Assembly (NCBI GenBank): GCA_016927515.1
Contig: JAFGMN010000310.1
Coordinates: 1-60,380, forward strand
Length of the DNA stretch: 60,380 nt
DNA from: a candidate division CSSED10-310 bacterium
GTDB lineage: Bacteria; CSSED10-310
Reading direction: 5' to 3'
Positions within the stretch are counted from its first letter, which is position 1. Every line of letters starts with the position of its first letter. The notes below the pieces were generated by a model that saw nothing but the letters and a program-made list of their open reading frames with translations, did not search any database and was not told the DNA's origin. Both the position numbers and the translations under genes were made by a program. This document shows positions 1 to 8,961 of the stretch, in pieces.

Positions 1-1
1 A

Positions 2-916
2 CTTGGCAGAACGTTTATTCAAGCTGAAAGTGAAGTTTCAGCAATCAATATGGTGTACGGTGCGGCAGGAGCCGGCGTGCGGTGCATGACCGCATCCTCC
101 GGACCCGGTCTGAGTCTGAAACAAGAAGGCCTCTCCTACTGCGCAGGCGCTGAACTGCCCTGTGTCATCGCCGACATTATGCGCGGCGGCCCCGGACTCG
201 GCAATATCGGTCCCGAACAGTCCGATTACAACCAGATCGTCCATGGCGGCGGTCACGGAAACTACAAGCTCATCGTCCTCGCACCCAACTCCGGCCAGGA
301 AATGTGCGACCTCACCATGAAAGCATTCGATCTAGCCGATACCTGGCGATCACCCGTCATCGTCCTCGCTGACGGTTTCACCGGGCAAATGATGGAACAA
401 GTCGACTTCCCGACCACGCCCCGTTACCCAAGACGACACGATTGGGCCGTCTACGGCGATTCCGCATCCAAACATAACCTCATCACATCCATCTACCTCT
501 CACACCACGACCTCGAAGTCCATAATCAAAAATTACAAAAAAAATATGCAGAGATCGAAGCGAGCGAAGTCATGTTCGACGAATTCCATACTGCTGACGC
601 TTCCCTGATCCTCGTCGCCTACGGAATCTCCTCCCGCATCTGCCGGACAGCCGTGGAAATCGCCCGAGCAAAACACCTCAACGTCGGTCTCCTCCGCCCG
701 CAAACACTTTTCCCGTTCCCATCCAAACGGATCATCGAACTGGCCGACCACGGCGCTTCTTGCTTCCTGACTGTGGAATGCTCCAACGGTCAGATGATCA
801 ACGATGTCCGCCTCGCTCTGAATGGTAAAACCCCGGTCGAATTTTATGGCCGGATGGGCGGTGAAGTACCGTCAGCTGATGAAGTCGTTTCAAAAATCGA
901 GTCGATTCTCGGTTAG
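2..916 (+). CDS. korA: 2-oxoacid:ferredoxin oxidoreductase alpha subunit (5' end cut by window edge)
   Basis: The frame is open from nt 2 (..[23 protein letters not shown]..). KorA/PorA-type core strings are present: [12 protein letters not shown] and [15 protein letters not shown]. The TPP-binding beta subunit follows 9 nt downstream. Confidence 0.85.
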   Translation, partial: LGRTFIQAESEVSAINMVYGAAGAGVRCMTASSGPGLSLKQEGLSYCAGAELPCVIADIMRGGPGLGNIGPEQSDYNQIVHGGGHGNYKLIVLAPNSGQEMCDLTMKAFDLADTWRSPVIVLADGFTGQMMEQVDFPTTPRYPRRHDWAVYGDSASKHNLITSIYLSHHDLEVHNQKLQKKYAEIEASEVMFDEFHTADASLILVAYGISSRICRTAVEIARAKHLNVGLLRPQTLFPFPSKRIIELADHGASCFLTVECSNGQMINDVRLALNGKTPVEFYGRMGGEVPSADEVVSKIESILG

Positions 917-925
917 GAGAAAGCC

Positions 926-2365
926 ATGAATGCTCAATACGACGTTTTTTTGCAGAAACCGAACGCGTTTTATAACAACTATCCGAGGAAAGATGGGAAT
1001 ATCGAAGTCACTCATTATTGCCCAGGCTGCGGTCATGGCATCATCCATAAATACATTGCCGAGGCAATCGATAAACTGAATATCCAGGATCGAACCATCC
1101 TCGTCAGCCCCGTCGGCTGCTCCGTCTTCGCCTACTACTACTTCGACGTCGGCAATGTCCAAGCCGCCCACGGCCGCGCTCCCGCCCTCGCCACGGGCAT
1201 CAAACGCGCCCACCCTGAATCCATCGTCATTTCTTACCAGGGCGACGGTGACCTCGCCGCTATCGGCACCGCTGAAATCATCCACGCGGCTAACCGCGGA
1301 GAGAATATCACGGTCTTTTTTGTCAATAATGCCATCTACGGCATGACCGGCGGACAGATGGCCCCGACAACGCTCAAAGGCCAGAAAACAACCACTACCC
1401 CCTACGGTCGAAACCCAAACAATGAAGGGTATCCCATCCGCGTCTCGGAACTCCTAGCTACCCTGAAAGCACCCGTCTACATCGAACGCGTATCCCTCCA
1501 CGATGCCAAAAACAGAGCCAAAGCCCGGAAAGCTATTCATAAAGCTCTCCTTAACCAAACGCAAAACAAAGGTTTTTCCTTTGTCGAAATTCTCTCGCAA
1601 TGCCCCACCGGATGGAAGGTCGATGCACCCACTTCCTATAAGTGGATTGAAGACAACATGGTTCCCTATTTCGAACCCGGTGTGAAAGTCGATCGAATCG
1701 ACGATGCGGAACCAATCACGTTTCCCGACCGGATATGGGATCCGGCAACAATCATTAAAAACCTCGGGTTGAGTGACCTGGATATCTATGCCCGTGCCGA
1801 TCGAAATGCCATTAAACCCAAGAATCGGAATCCGAGGATCAAAATCGCTGGGTTCGGCGGGCAAGGCGTGTTGACATTGGGTATCCTACTCGCCAGTTGC
1901 GGCATGATGGAAGATTACAACGTCACCTGGCTACCATCATATGGTCCCGAGATGCGGGGCGGGACAGCCCATTGCCACGTAACCATCGACGAGAATCAGA
2001 TCGGGTCACCTCTTGTAACACAGTCAACGGTTTGCATCGCCATGAACAAACCATCCCAGGTTAAATTTGAAAAGGAACTCGTTTCCGGTGGCCTGTTGAT
2101 CAGGAACAGTTCCATGATCGATATCCCGTCGGCTCGGACCGATATCGAGATTCTTGATGTGCCGGCATCCCAAATCGCCACCGATCTCGGATCATTGAAA
2201 GTGGGCAACATGGTCATTCTCGGCGCTTACCTCGAACGGACCGGTCTGTTCTCGGAGGACACCATCGTTATCGTTTTGAAAGAAATGCTGAAAAAGGCTT
2301 CCCTGCTCGAGCTGAATATGACCGCATTGAACGCCGGCAGGGATATCGCCAAAAGCCAGGCTTGA
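926..2365 (+). CDS. korB: 2-oxoacid:ferredoxin oxidoreductase beta subunit (TPP-binding) fused to a gamma-type domain
   Basis: AGGAG lies 6 nt upstream of the ATG. The N-terminal half carries the TPP motif GDGDLAAIGTAE...NNAIYGMTGGQ. The C-terminal ~180 aa (IKIAGFGGQGVLTLGILLA...SYGPEMRGGTAHCHV) matches the Por/Kor gamma fold. Confidence 0.85.
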   Translation: MNAQYDVFLQKPNAFYNNYPRKDGNIEVTHYCPGCGHGIIHKYIAEAIDKLNIQDRTILVSPVGCSVFAYYYFDVGNVQAAHGRAPALATGIKRAHPESIVISYQGDGDLAAIGTAEIIHAANRGENITVFFVNNAIYGMTGGQMAPTTLKGQKTTTTPYGRNPNNEGYPIRVSELLATLKAPVYIERVSLHDAKNRAKARKAIHKALLNQTQNKGFSFVEILSQCPTGWKVDAPTSYKWIEDNMVPYFEPGVKVDRIDDAEPITFPDRIWDPATIIKNLGLSDLDIYARADRNAIKPKNRNPRIKIAGFGGQGVLTLGILLASCGMMEDYNVTWLPSYGPEMRGGTAHCHVTIDENQIGSPLVTQSTVCIAMNKPSQVKFEKELVSGGLLIRNSSMIDIPSARTDIEILDVPASQIATDLGSLKVGNMVILGAYLERTGLFSEDTIVIVLKEMLKKASLLELNMTALNAGRDIAKSQA

Positions 2366-2378
2366 TTGCCGTTCTGAC

Positions 2379-3332
2379 ATGATGGGTATCCTGAAGGCAC
2401 CGGCACTGAAACCAGGAGATACCCTTGCACTCGTTGCTCCTGCCGGACCCCCCGACCTTACCACGCTGGATCGGGGAGTCCGGCTTTTCTCTGACCTCGG
2501 CTTTACCCTCCAGCTTGGAAAACACGTGTTGACCCGAAACGGATACCTCGCCGGTACCGATGCCCAGCGGGTAGACGATATCAACAGTGCGATACGGGAT
2601 CCATCCATCCGGGGAATCGTGTGTGCCCGCGGAGGCTACGGATCACTTCGGGTACTCGATGCTATCGACTATGCCTCCTTAGCAGCCGAGCCTAAAGTCA
2701 TCATCGGATACAGTGACATCACGGCACTCCTCCTCGCGATCTGGAAAGAAATACGCCTGGTCACGTTTCATGGACCCATGCCCGCAGGAAATGCCATTCA
2801 TCCGTGGAGTCTCCTGGAATTCGTTCGTTGCGTTACCGGAACACAGCCGATCGGTATTCCCTTTGCGTGCCCTGTCCCAGGTTTCCGTCTTGAATGTCTT
2901 CCATGGTCTACATGCCATGAAAACGCCTCGGGCCGTCTTCTGGGCGGTTGTCTATCCCTTCTGACCGCGCTGTTGGGAACACCCTGGGAACCGGCTGAGA
3001 GGGACAGTATTGTCATTCTCGAAGATATCGGTGAACCACCCTACCGCATCGATCGGATGCTGACGCAATTACGCTATACGCACTGGCTTAAACACTGCCG
3101 GGGCTTGCTCCTCGGATCATTCATTCGTTGCGAGATAAAACCCGATGATCCGGACCCCTCTCCATCCCTCGATGAGGTGTTCATCGATCGACTGGCCGAC
3201 CTCCCCATCCCCGTCCTGCGTGGAATCCCTGTCGGGCATGGCGAATTCAATCTCACCGTTCCCATCGGCATCCGAGTCCAGATTGAATCAGAAACGTGGA
3301 TTCCACTGGAATCCGGCGTCGACCGCCGATAA
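2379..3332 (+). CDS. ldcA: LD-carboxypeptidase (peptidase S66, muramoyltetrapeptide carboxypeptidase-like)
   Basis: LKPGDTLALVAPAG N-terminus, nucleophile motif GYSDITALL, and C-terminal PVGHGEF, as in the S66 family. Confidence 0.8.
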   Translation: MMGILKAPALKPGDTLALVAPAGPPDLTTLDRGVRLFSDLGFTLQLGKHVLTRNGYLAGTDAQRVDDINSAIRDPSIRGIVCARGGYGSLRVLDAIDYASLAAEPKVIIGYSDITALLLAIWKEIRLVTFHGPMPAGNAIHPWSLLEFVRCVTGTQPIGIPFACPVPGFRLECLPWSTCHENASGRLLGGCLSLLTALLGTPWEPAERDSIVILEDIGEPPYRIDRMLTQLRYTHWLKHCRGLLLGSFIRCEIKPDDPDPSPSLDEVFIDRLADLPIPVLRGIPVGHGEFNLTVPIGIRVQIESETWIPLESGVDRR

Positions 3333-3339
3333 ATCCGGA

Positions 3340-3723
3340 TCAACGTTTTTCAGTGGCTCGGCGGATGCTGAAATTCCAATCGATCGTCGTGAACAGAAGG
3401 TTCACCTTTACGATGTAATCGATCTTAACCGTATATTTATACAAGTCATAATCAACAATAACCTGGGATTCGGTAATGGGCATTTTTTTCTGCTTGATCC
3501 GATTCACCAATTTACTCTGAATCGAATACACGCCGCTCGGATTGGGCTTGTTGTTCTGATAATCGTAATTTACCAATTCCTGGGCATATTGCGACAACGA
3601 CATGTTTTTTAAAAACGGAGTGCCCAACACGACCAAAAGGAACCCCAGAATAATGATGACCGAAGTCCCGATAAGGGCATACGCTCGCTCACTCCCGCGA
3701 GCCGACGCTAACCAGCTGTTCAT
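3340..3723 (-). CDS. hypothetical small membrane-anchored protein
   Basis: 127-aa ORF with one N-terminal TM segment (YALIGTSVIIILGFLLVVLGTPF). It lies 28 nt downstream of the ROK kinase gene on the same strand. I recognise no family. Confidence 0.5.
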   Translation of the reverse strand: MNSWLASARGSERAYALIGTSVIIILGFLLVVLGTPFLKNMSLSQYAQELVNYDYQNNKPNPSGVYSIQSKLVNRIKQKKMPITESQVIVDYDLYKYTVKIDYIVKVNLLFTTIDWNFSIRRATEKR

Positions 3724-3751
3724 TCAAATTCCTCCATTGTAATCCCGTTAT

Positions 3752-4759
3752 TCAAGATGATGAATCTCTGATTTTCCGATGCATAACCAGAGATGCAGCA
3801 CCAATAAGTCCGGCATCATCACCCAATGCACCACGCCGAATCGTCAACCCATCGGTCAGAGGGGGAAAACCCCACCACCGAATTGCTTCCATGATGAGCG
3901 GCATCAATCGGTCACATGACGCACTAATACCTCCTCCCAGGATAAACCAATCGACATCCAGCGCAATCGCAATCGTGGCGATCAGTCTCCCCAATGCAGA
4001 ACCATACCTATCAATAATGCCTGCCGCTACTTTATCTCCGGTTCGATCCCGATCGAACACGTCACTGACGGTAACAGGCGATGAAATACCCGCGGGCGAT
4101 CCACCCATTGCCTCAAGCCCGTACTCGTTGAGAATAAACCGCGTTGACAGGAACGCCTCCGCATGGCCCGGATGACCGCAACTGCAGACACCCGAATCCG
4201 GAAAAACCGGGATATGCCCCCATTCATTCGAAAACCCTCGGCTTCCAGTCCATACTTTTCCCCTGGAAACGATTGCCGAACCCAAACCGGTTCCCAGTGT
4301 AAGATATGCAAATAGCGGACAATCCCTTGCAGCACCCGCCAGATGCTCGCCAATTGCACCGGCGTCGGCATCATTAATGAGGACAACCGGTAACCCGGTT
4401 TCGCGTGACAGAGTATCCTGAAGCGCAAAGTCCCGCCATCCCTCCAGATTCGGCATATGTGAAACGATCCCTTCTCCAGCCCGGAGAGGACCCGGTGCAC
4501 CGATTCCGATTCCGGAAAGCACGTCATACTGCTTCCGAAAAACCGTTGTACAATCTACCAGAATGGGAATAAGCAGGTCAGGATGACCCCCGGTAGGAGT
4601 CTGCCGACGGAAGCGCTCCAGAACGCATCCATCGTGTGAAACGATAGCTCCCCGAATATGTGTCCCCCCCACATCAAAACCAATTGCCAGTTCTTTTTTC
4701 ATCCACGGATCCCTATCAATGGACTGGATTTTACTAGTAATAACTTTCAAGTCAATCAT
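3752..4759 (-). CDS. ROK family sugar kinase (glucokinase-like)
   Basis: ATP-binding FDVGGTHIRG and the ROK zinc motif CSCGHPGHAEAF. The start is uncertain: ATG 4759, or an internal ATG 4702 (MKKELAIGFDVGG). Confidence 0.8.
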   Translation of the reverse strand: MIDLKVITSKIQSIDRDPWMKKELAIGFDVGGTHIRGAIVSHDGCVLERFRRQTPTGGHPDLLIPILVDCTTVFRKQYDVLSGIGIGAPGPLRAGEGIVSHMPNLEGWRDFALQDTLSRETGLPVVLINDADAGAIGEHLAGAARDCPLFAYLTLGTGLGSAIVSRGKVWTGSRGFSNEWGHIPVFPDSGVCSCGHPGHAEAFLSTRFILNEYGLEAMGGSPAGISSPVTVSDVFDRDRTGDKVAAGIIDRYGSALGRLIATIAIALDVDWFILGGGISASCDRLMPLIMEAIRWWGFPPLTDGLTIRRGALGDDAGLIGAASLVMHRKIRDSSS

Positions 4760-4773
4760 CAGAATGCTATACT
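4746..4773 (+). promoter_or_regulatory. candidate sigma70-type promoter for the M6 protease gene
   Basis: TTCAAG (4746-4751), a 16-nt spacer, then TATACT (4768-4773). Called by eye only. It would overlap the ROK CDS if that gene starts at 4759. Confidence 0.25.
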
Positions 4774-4862
4774 GCTGAAGAAAAGCCTGGTATCGGTTTC
4801 GGCTTTTTTTCGTTCATTCTGCCAGTTGGGTGACTACCAGTAACCTGTTTTAAGGAGGTTTT

Positions 4863-7616
4863 ATGCATTCGAGAAGATGTATCTCTGCCTGGGCTTTGCC
4901 AGTCCTTACCGTGTTCTTGCTGCTGAATGCAGCCGAAGCGGCTCCACCGATTCCGGGTACGTATAATCCGGAGACCTTAACGTTTTACGCAACCGGTGAA
5001 CGGATCCCGCTTTTTTATGACGAGCCGGGGCCGATGCGAGAGAAAAGTGCATACCGGGGAGTCTGGAATTTTCCCGTGATCTTTATTGAAACGCCGGATG
5101 TCGCCCACACATATTCAGTCAGCGACTGGGCACAGCAGCTGTTTACGCTGAATATTTTCACGACAGGCAGTATGCGGGATTACTATCGGGAGATCTCCTA
5201 TCAGAATTTTGATATTGACGGTATTACCCTCGGCTGGATTATGGCTGACTACAACTATGAACACTACCATCAAAACAACTATGGTTTTGACGGCGGCGCA
5301 GCAGAAATGGCCCGTGAAGCCGTTATGAAGGCCGAGACGCAGTTTAATCCTGACTGGAGCCAGTTCGACAACGACGGCGATGGTAAAGTGGACGGCGTCC
5401 TGGTGATTCACATGGGTGCCGGCGGCGAAGGCGGCACCGCGAACCAGATCTGGTCCCACGTCAGCTCCTTCCCAAAACTGGAATATGACGGCGTCGAGAT
5501 TTCCAAATACTCCATCCAGCCGGAAACCCGGACCAACGGGGATATGGAAACCATCGGCACGATCTGCCATGAGCACGGTCATATCCTCGGTCTCCCCGAT
5601 CTCTACGATATCAATTACACAGGAAAACCCGACCCGGTGGGACGGTATTGCCTGATGGCTTCCGGTTCTTCCGGCGGAAACCCCATGGGCTGTAAGCCCG
5701 CTCATATGTCCGCATGGTGCAAAGCCCAACTGGGTTGGATCACACCGACCGTGATCGAACAGGCCGGCACATACACAATCGATGCCGTTCAAGTCTATCC
5801 CAATCAGAACTCCTATATTCTGGAAATCAAGGACTCCAACGAGTATTTCCTGCTTGCCAATCGATGGATGGATGCACCCCTCAAATTCGAAGGTCTACCC
5901 ACTCGGTTCGTCGGCGGTCTGATGGTTTATCACGTAGACGAAACATTCAGTTGGTCCAACGACGGCCGAACAGATTACTGGCATGTCGTACTCGAAGATG
6001 CAACCCCCGGCGATAACCACGACCTGGCAAACGGCGGTTTCGGCGCAGGTGTCAATAGCGAATTTGGCCGTTTTACCGATCCAAACAGCGACGGGAATCT
6101 CCACCCCAGCGGCGTGAGCGTCTACAACATCAGTGCACAGGGCGAACATATGAGCTTCAGCGTCCGATTCTCTCCCGTATTCCAACTTCGCGACTATTCT
6201 CTTCGGTCTCTGGGAGGCAATCAGTTCGCTCTCTATGTCACCATCGAAAACATCGCCCACGTTCCATCAGAAGACCTGATGCTCACTGCCTCAACTTCAG
6301 CATCCAATGTTTCCTTTGTGAACTCCGAAGTGGATGTCGGTTCCTTCCTCGGATATGAGAAAAAAATCGTCACCGCTCCCTTCATTTTCGAAACCACCAG
6401 CTCGGATAGCGGCTTCGCTGAATTCACGATCACAGCATCCGGCAGTACCTTCCAGGGAAAAGCCATTCCCTTCGATATTCCTGTGAATCCCGCTCGGATT
6501 CTGATTGTCGATGATGACGCGACCAAAGGCGCTGACGGAAACCTCGAACAATACTGGATCGAAGGGCTGGGATCCCTCGGTATTACCCACCAGTTGTGGA
6601 GCGTATGGGATGACGGTTTCCCAATGAACGGTATGCTCGATACATACGACCTGGTCATCTGGTGCGATGGTGACAGCACGAATGCTGTGCCAAAGCGCGA
6701 CGGCAATGGTCTGGAACTCATCGAAGAATATCTCGACCGCGGCGGCGACATGATATGGTCCAGCCACGAATTCCTGTTTGCCGAATATGGGATGCCCCTG
6801 GATCAGGATCACATTGTCACCGAACCCGGCGATTTTGCCCGTGAATATCTCCATATTCTCGAACTGGAACACGACGAGTATTTCTACCACGCCTATGGCG
6901 TTCCCGGAACCCTGACGGAAGGCATGACACTGGAACTGATCGATGTTCTTTCCACCGATCCGACGGGCGCTACTTCCGGTGGTTACAACTGGTGGCCGGA
7001 TGAATTCATTACCGATAACACATGTATTCCCATTCTGACCGCCGGTAACCATGAGTGGCCGTATTCCACAACACCACCCGATTATTGGACCGAAGATCAA
7101 CAGGAAAACATCCTGACCAATGCAACGTGCGCAATGCTGTATCAAGGACAGCACCGGATTATGTTCATGTCTGCTCCGCTTCATGGCATCACCACCGATC
7201 CTGCGGCTTCACCCAATACTCGACAGCAGTTTCTCAATAAAATTCTCAAATGGTTCGGCGTTACACTCACGACTCCAGGGCTCGATATCGACGTCAACGA
7301 TCCGATGATCGCTGCCGGCGAAACATGCCATGTGACACTGAAAGTCAGCAATCCCGATAGCGCGCGATCAGTCAACGTGTTCATCGCAATGGAAGCGTAT
7401 GGGCTGTGGCTTTTCGGACCCACATGGACGGAAACCGCGAATTACTACCCAATGAACCTGCAGGCCGGTGATTCCATGGTGGTCGATGTGTTCCCGGCGT
7501 TTCCATGGCCTTCAGGCGTGGGATCCGGCACGGTTACCATGTGGACGGTCATGCTCGATTCCGGTTCCGGCATGATGCTCGGCAATTACGACTTTACACC
7601 ACTGAGCTGGAACTAG
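4863..7616 (+). CDS. secreted M6-family (immune inhibitor A-like) zinc metalloprotease with a long C-terminal extension
   Basis: AAGGAGG lies 5 nt upstream. A signal peptide is present (ALPVLTVFLLLNAAEA). Zinc site HEHGHILGLPDLYD. The ~450 aa after the catalytic domain include an alpha/beta-looking module (ILIVDDDATKGADG...DLVIWCDGDS). Confidence 0.8.
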   Translation: MHSRRCISAWALPVLTVFLLLNAAEAAPPIPGTYNPETLTFYATGERIPLFYDEPGPMREKSAYRGVWNFPVIFIETPDVAHTYSVSDWAQQLFTLNIFTTGSMRDYYREISYQNFDIDGITLGWIMADYNYEHYHQNNYGFDGGAAEMAREAVMKAETQFNPDWSQFDNDGDGKVDGVLVIHMGAGGEGGTANQIWSHVSSFPKLEYDGVEISKYSIQPETRTNGDMETIGTICHEHGHILGLPDLYDINYTGKPDPVGRYCLMASGSSGGNPMGCKPAHMSAWCKAQLGWITPTVIEQAGTYTIDAVQVYPNQNSYILEIKDSNEYFLLANRWMDAPLKFEGLPTRFVGGLMVYHVDETFSWSNDGRTDYWHVVLEDATPGDNHDLANGGFGAGVNSEFGRFTDPNSDGNLHPSGVSVYNISAQGEHMSFSVRFSPVFQLRDYSLRSLGGNQFALYVTIENIAHVPSEDLMLTASTSASNVSFVNSEVDVGSFLGYEKKIVTAPFIFETTSSDSGFAEFTITASGSTFQGKAIPFDIPVNPARILIVDDDATKGADGNLEQYWIEGLGSLGITHQLWSVWDDGFPMNGMLDTYDLVIWCDGDSTNAVPKRDGNGLELIEEYLDRGGDMIWSSHEFLFAEYGMPLDQDHIVTEPGDFAREYLHILELEHDEYFYHAYGVPGTLTEGMTLELIDVLSTDPTGATSGGYNWWPDEFITDNTCIPILTAGNHEWPYSTTPPDYWTEDQQENILTNATCAMLYQGQHRIMFMSAPLHGITTDPAASPNTRQQFLNKILKWFGVTLTTPGLDIDVNDPMIAAGETCHVTLKVSNPDSARSVNVFIAMEAYGLWLFGPTWTETANYYPMNLQAGDSMVVDVFPAFPWPSGVGSGTVTMWTVMLDSGSGMMLGNYDFTPLSWN

Positions 7617-7642
7617 TCAGGCAATCCGATTATAGACGATAG

Positions 7643-7680
7643 CAAGAGCCCGGATCGATTGATCCGGGCTCTTGTTTGTT
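7643..7680. terminator. intrinsic terminator hairpin between the convergent M6 protease and Big_1 genes
   Basis: Perfect 14-bp stem caagagcccggatc / gatccgggctcttg with a 4-nt loop, followed by TTTGTTT on the + strand. Confidence 0.75.
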
Positions 7681-7769
7681 TCCTATGACTTCACGTGCGC
7701 AACTGCCTTCTGGAATCACACGGAAGATTCTCCGTCATACACGCCGGTTAGGCGATCAAATAAGCGTGA

Positions 7770-8957
7770 TCACACACCGACAAACGTGAATGAAATCGGC
7801 GTATAGGTTGGCGAAGCAGTGGCTGTCGGTGTCGATGGTGTTGGTGTCGGAGTTGGGGTCAAGGGTGTCGGCGTCTGGGTATTCACCGGTGTTGCTGTCC
7901 ACGTGGGAGTCTGGGTCGGTGTGGGAGTTCGGGTTGACGTGGGTTGAGAGGTTGGAGAAGGATTTGGTGTGCCGAAATATGCTTGGAAGTACACGCGTAC
8001 CGACGCACTTTTCGCTCCGGCGGTCGCGTAGACAATGGCCTCCTGGTTGGATGTTGATGCGTAGGAAATCAACCGATTGGTGGCGATGCCCTGTGCATTG
8101 GTCAAAACTGTTCCCGATTCGATGTATCCCCATGTGCTGGTGAAGTTCACCGCTGTACCGGCAGGGACGGGCTGCCCATTGATTCCGGTGACTACAGCGG
8201 TGAGCAGTGAATAACTGGAACCGTTGGCAGATAATCCGGAGGATGGATTAGCCGTCAAACTGATGTTGCCAACCTCAACACTGGTAAAACTGACATACGC
8301 ACGGGCTTCAGCCGCTTCGACACGAGCCGTAACGACAGCGGTTGCGGGCACCGTTGCGCTGGTCAACGTGACAGACGCCCACCCCCCCCGAGTGGAAGCC
8401 GATACTGCCGACAATGTCCCGGCTGTCGTTGACAAATAGACAACGGTGTCATCGGCGATGGGGTTGCCGTGATTATCGAAAACATACGCAGTCAGCGTCG
8501 ATTTCGAAGTGCCGTCTGCAGGAATACTCGAGGGCTCGGCATCAAGGTCAATGCCGTAATCGTAAACCGAAATCTCGATGCTCTTTTCCGCATGAACGGC
8601 ATCCGCCATCACAACGGCAGTGCAGCCGTAGTTTGGAGCAGTCAACGTGACACTGGAATATCCCCCAGACAGATTTCCCGTGGCAATGTCCAGGTTTCCA
8701 CATGTCGTTGACCAGTAAATCGGACCCGATTCATCTGGGAAGCCATTGCGATCAAGAACATACGCAGTAATGACACTGGTAGAACTCCCATCAGCGGGGA
8801 GTGTCGATCGGGTGGCAGTCAGCGTGATCCGGGCACTGGCTGCAGGGCCTGTTGGATCCGGCGATTCACATGCGATGAAACAGAGTGATACTGCAATCAA
8901 TGCGGCTATTGCGAAACAGAATGTCAATCGGTTTTTATTCTTTCTCGTCATACTCAT
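7770..8957 (-). CDS. lipoprotein with three bacterial Ig-like (Big_1/invasin-type) repeats and a C-terminal Pro/Thr-rich tract
   Basis: Lipobox-like signal (AVSLCFIAC|ES). Three ~90-aa repeats carry L(T/P)ADG(S/T)S..(I/L)TAYV motifs. The tail reads TPTPTQTPTWTATPVNTQTPTPLTPTPTPTPSTP. The likely start is the second ATG (8951), 6 nt after a GAGGAG that contains the gspD stop codon. Confidence 0.75.
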   Translation of the reverse strand: MSMTRKNKNRLTFCFAIAALIAVSLCFIACESPDPTGPAASARITLTATRSTLPADGSSTSVITAYVLDRNGFPDESGPIYWSTTCGNLDIATGNLSGGYSSVTLTAPNYGCTAVVMADAVHAEKSIEISVYDYGIDLDAEPSSIPADGTSKSTLTAYVFDNHGNPIADDTVVYLSTTAGTLSAVSASTRGGWASVTLTSATVPATAVVTARVEAAEARAYVSFTSVEVGNISLTANPSSGLSANGSSYSLLTAVVTGINGQPVPAGTAVNFTSTWGYIESGTVLTNAQGIATNRLISYASTSNQEAIVYATAGAKSASVRVYFQAYFGTPNPSPTSQPTSTRTPTPTQTPTWTATPVNTQTPTPLTPTPTPTPSTPTATASPTYTPISFTFVGV

Positions 8958-8961
8958 CTCC

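Noticed and set aside
6297-7184. 295-aa ORF antisense to the M6 protease gene. The same applies to 5115-5792, 42296-43024 (antisense to hcp), 49317-50171 and 50850-51500 (antisense to valS).
   Set aside because: These are shadow ORFs opposite well-supported genes, with nonsense-like composition.
7800-7950. Repetitive GT/GG-rich DNA, also at 10900-11080, that could be mistaken for a tandem-repeat or CRISPR-like array.
   Set aside because: It is the antisense of Pro/Thr codon runs in the Big_1 C-terminus and the secretin N-terminus. There are no regular repeat-spacer units.
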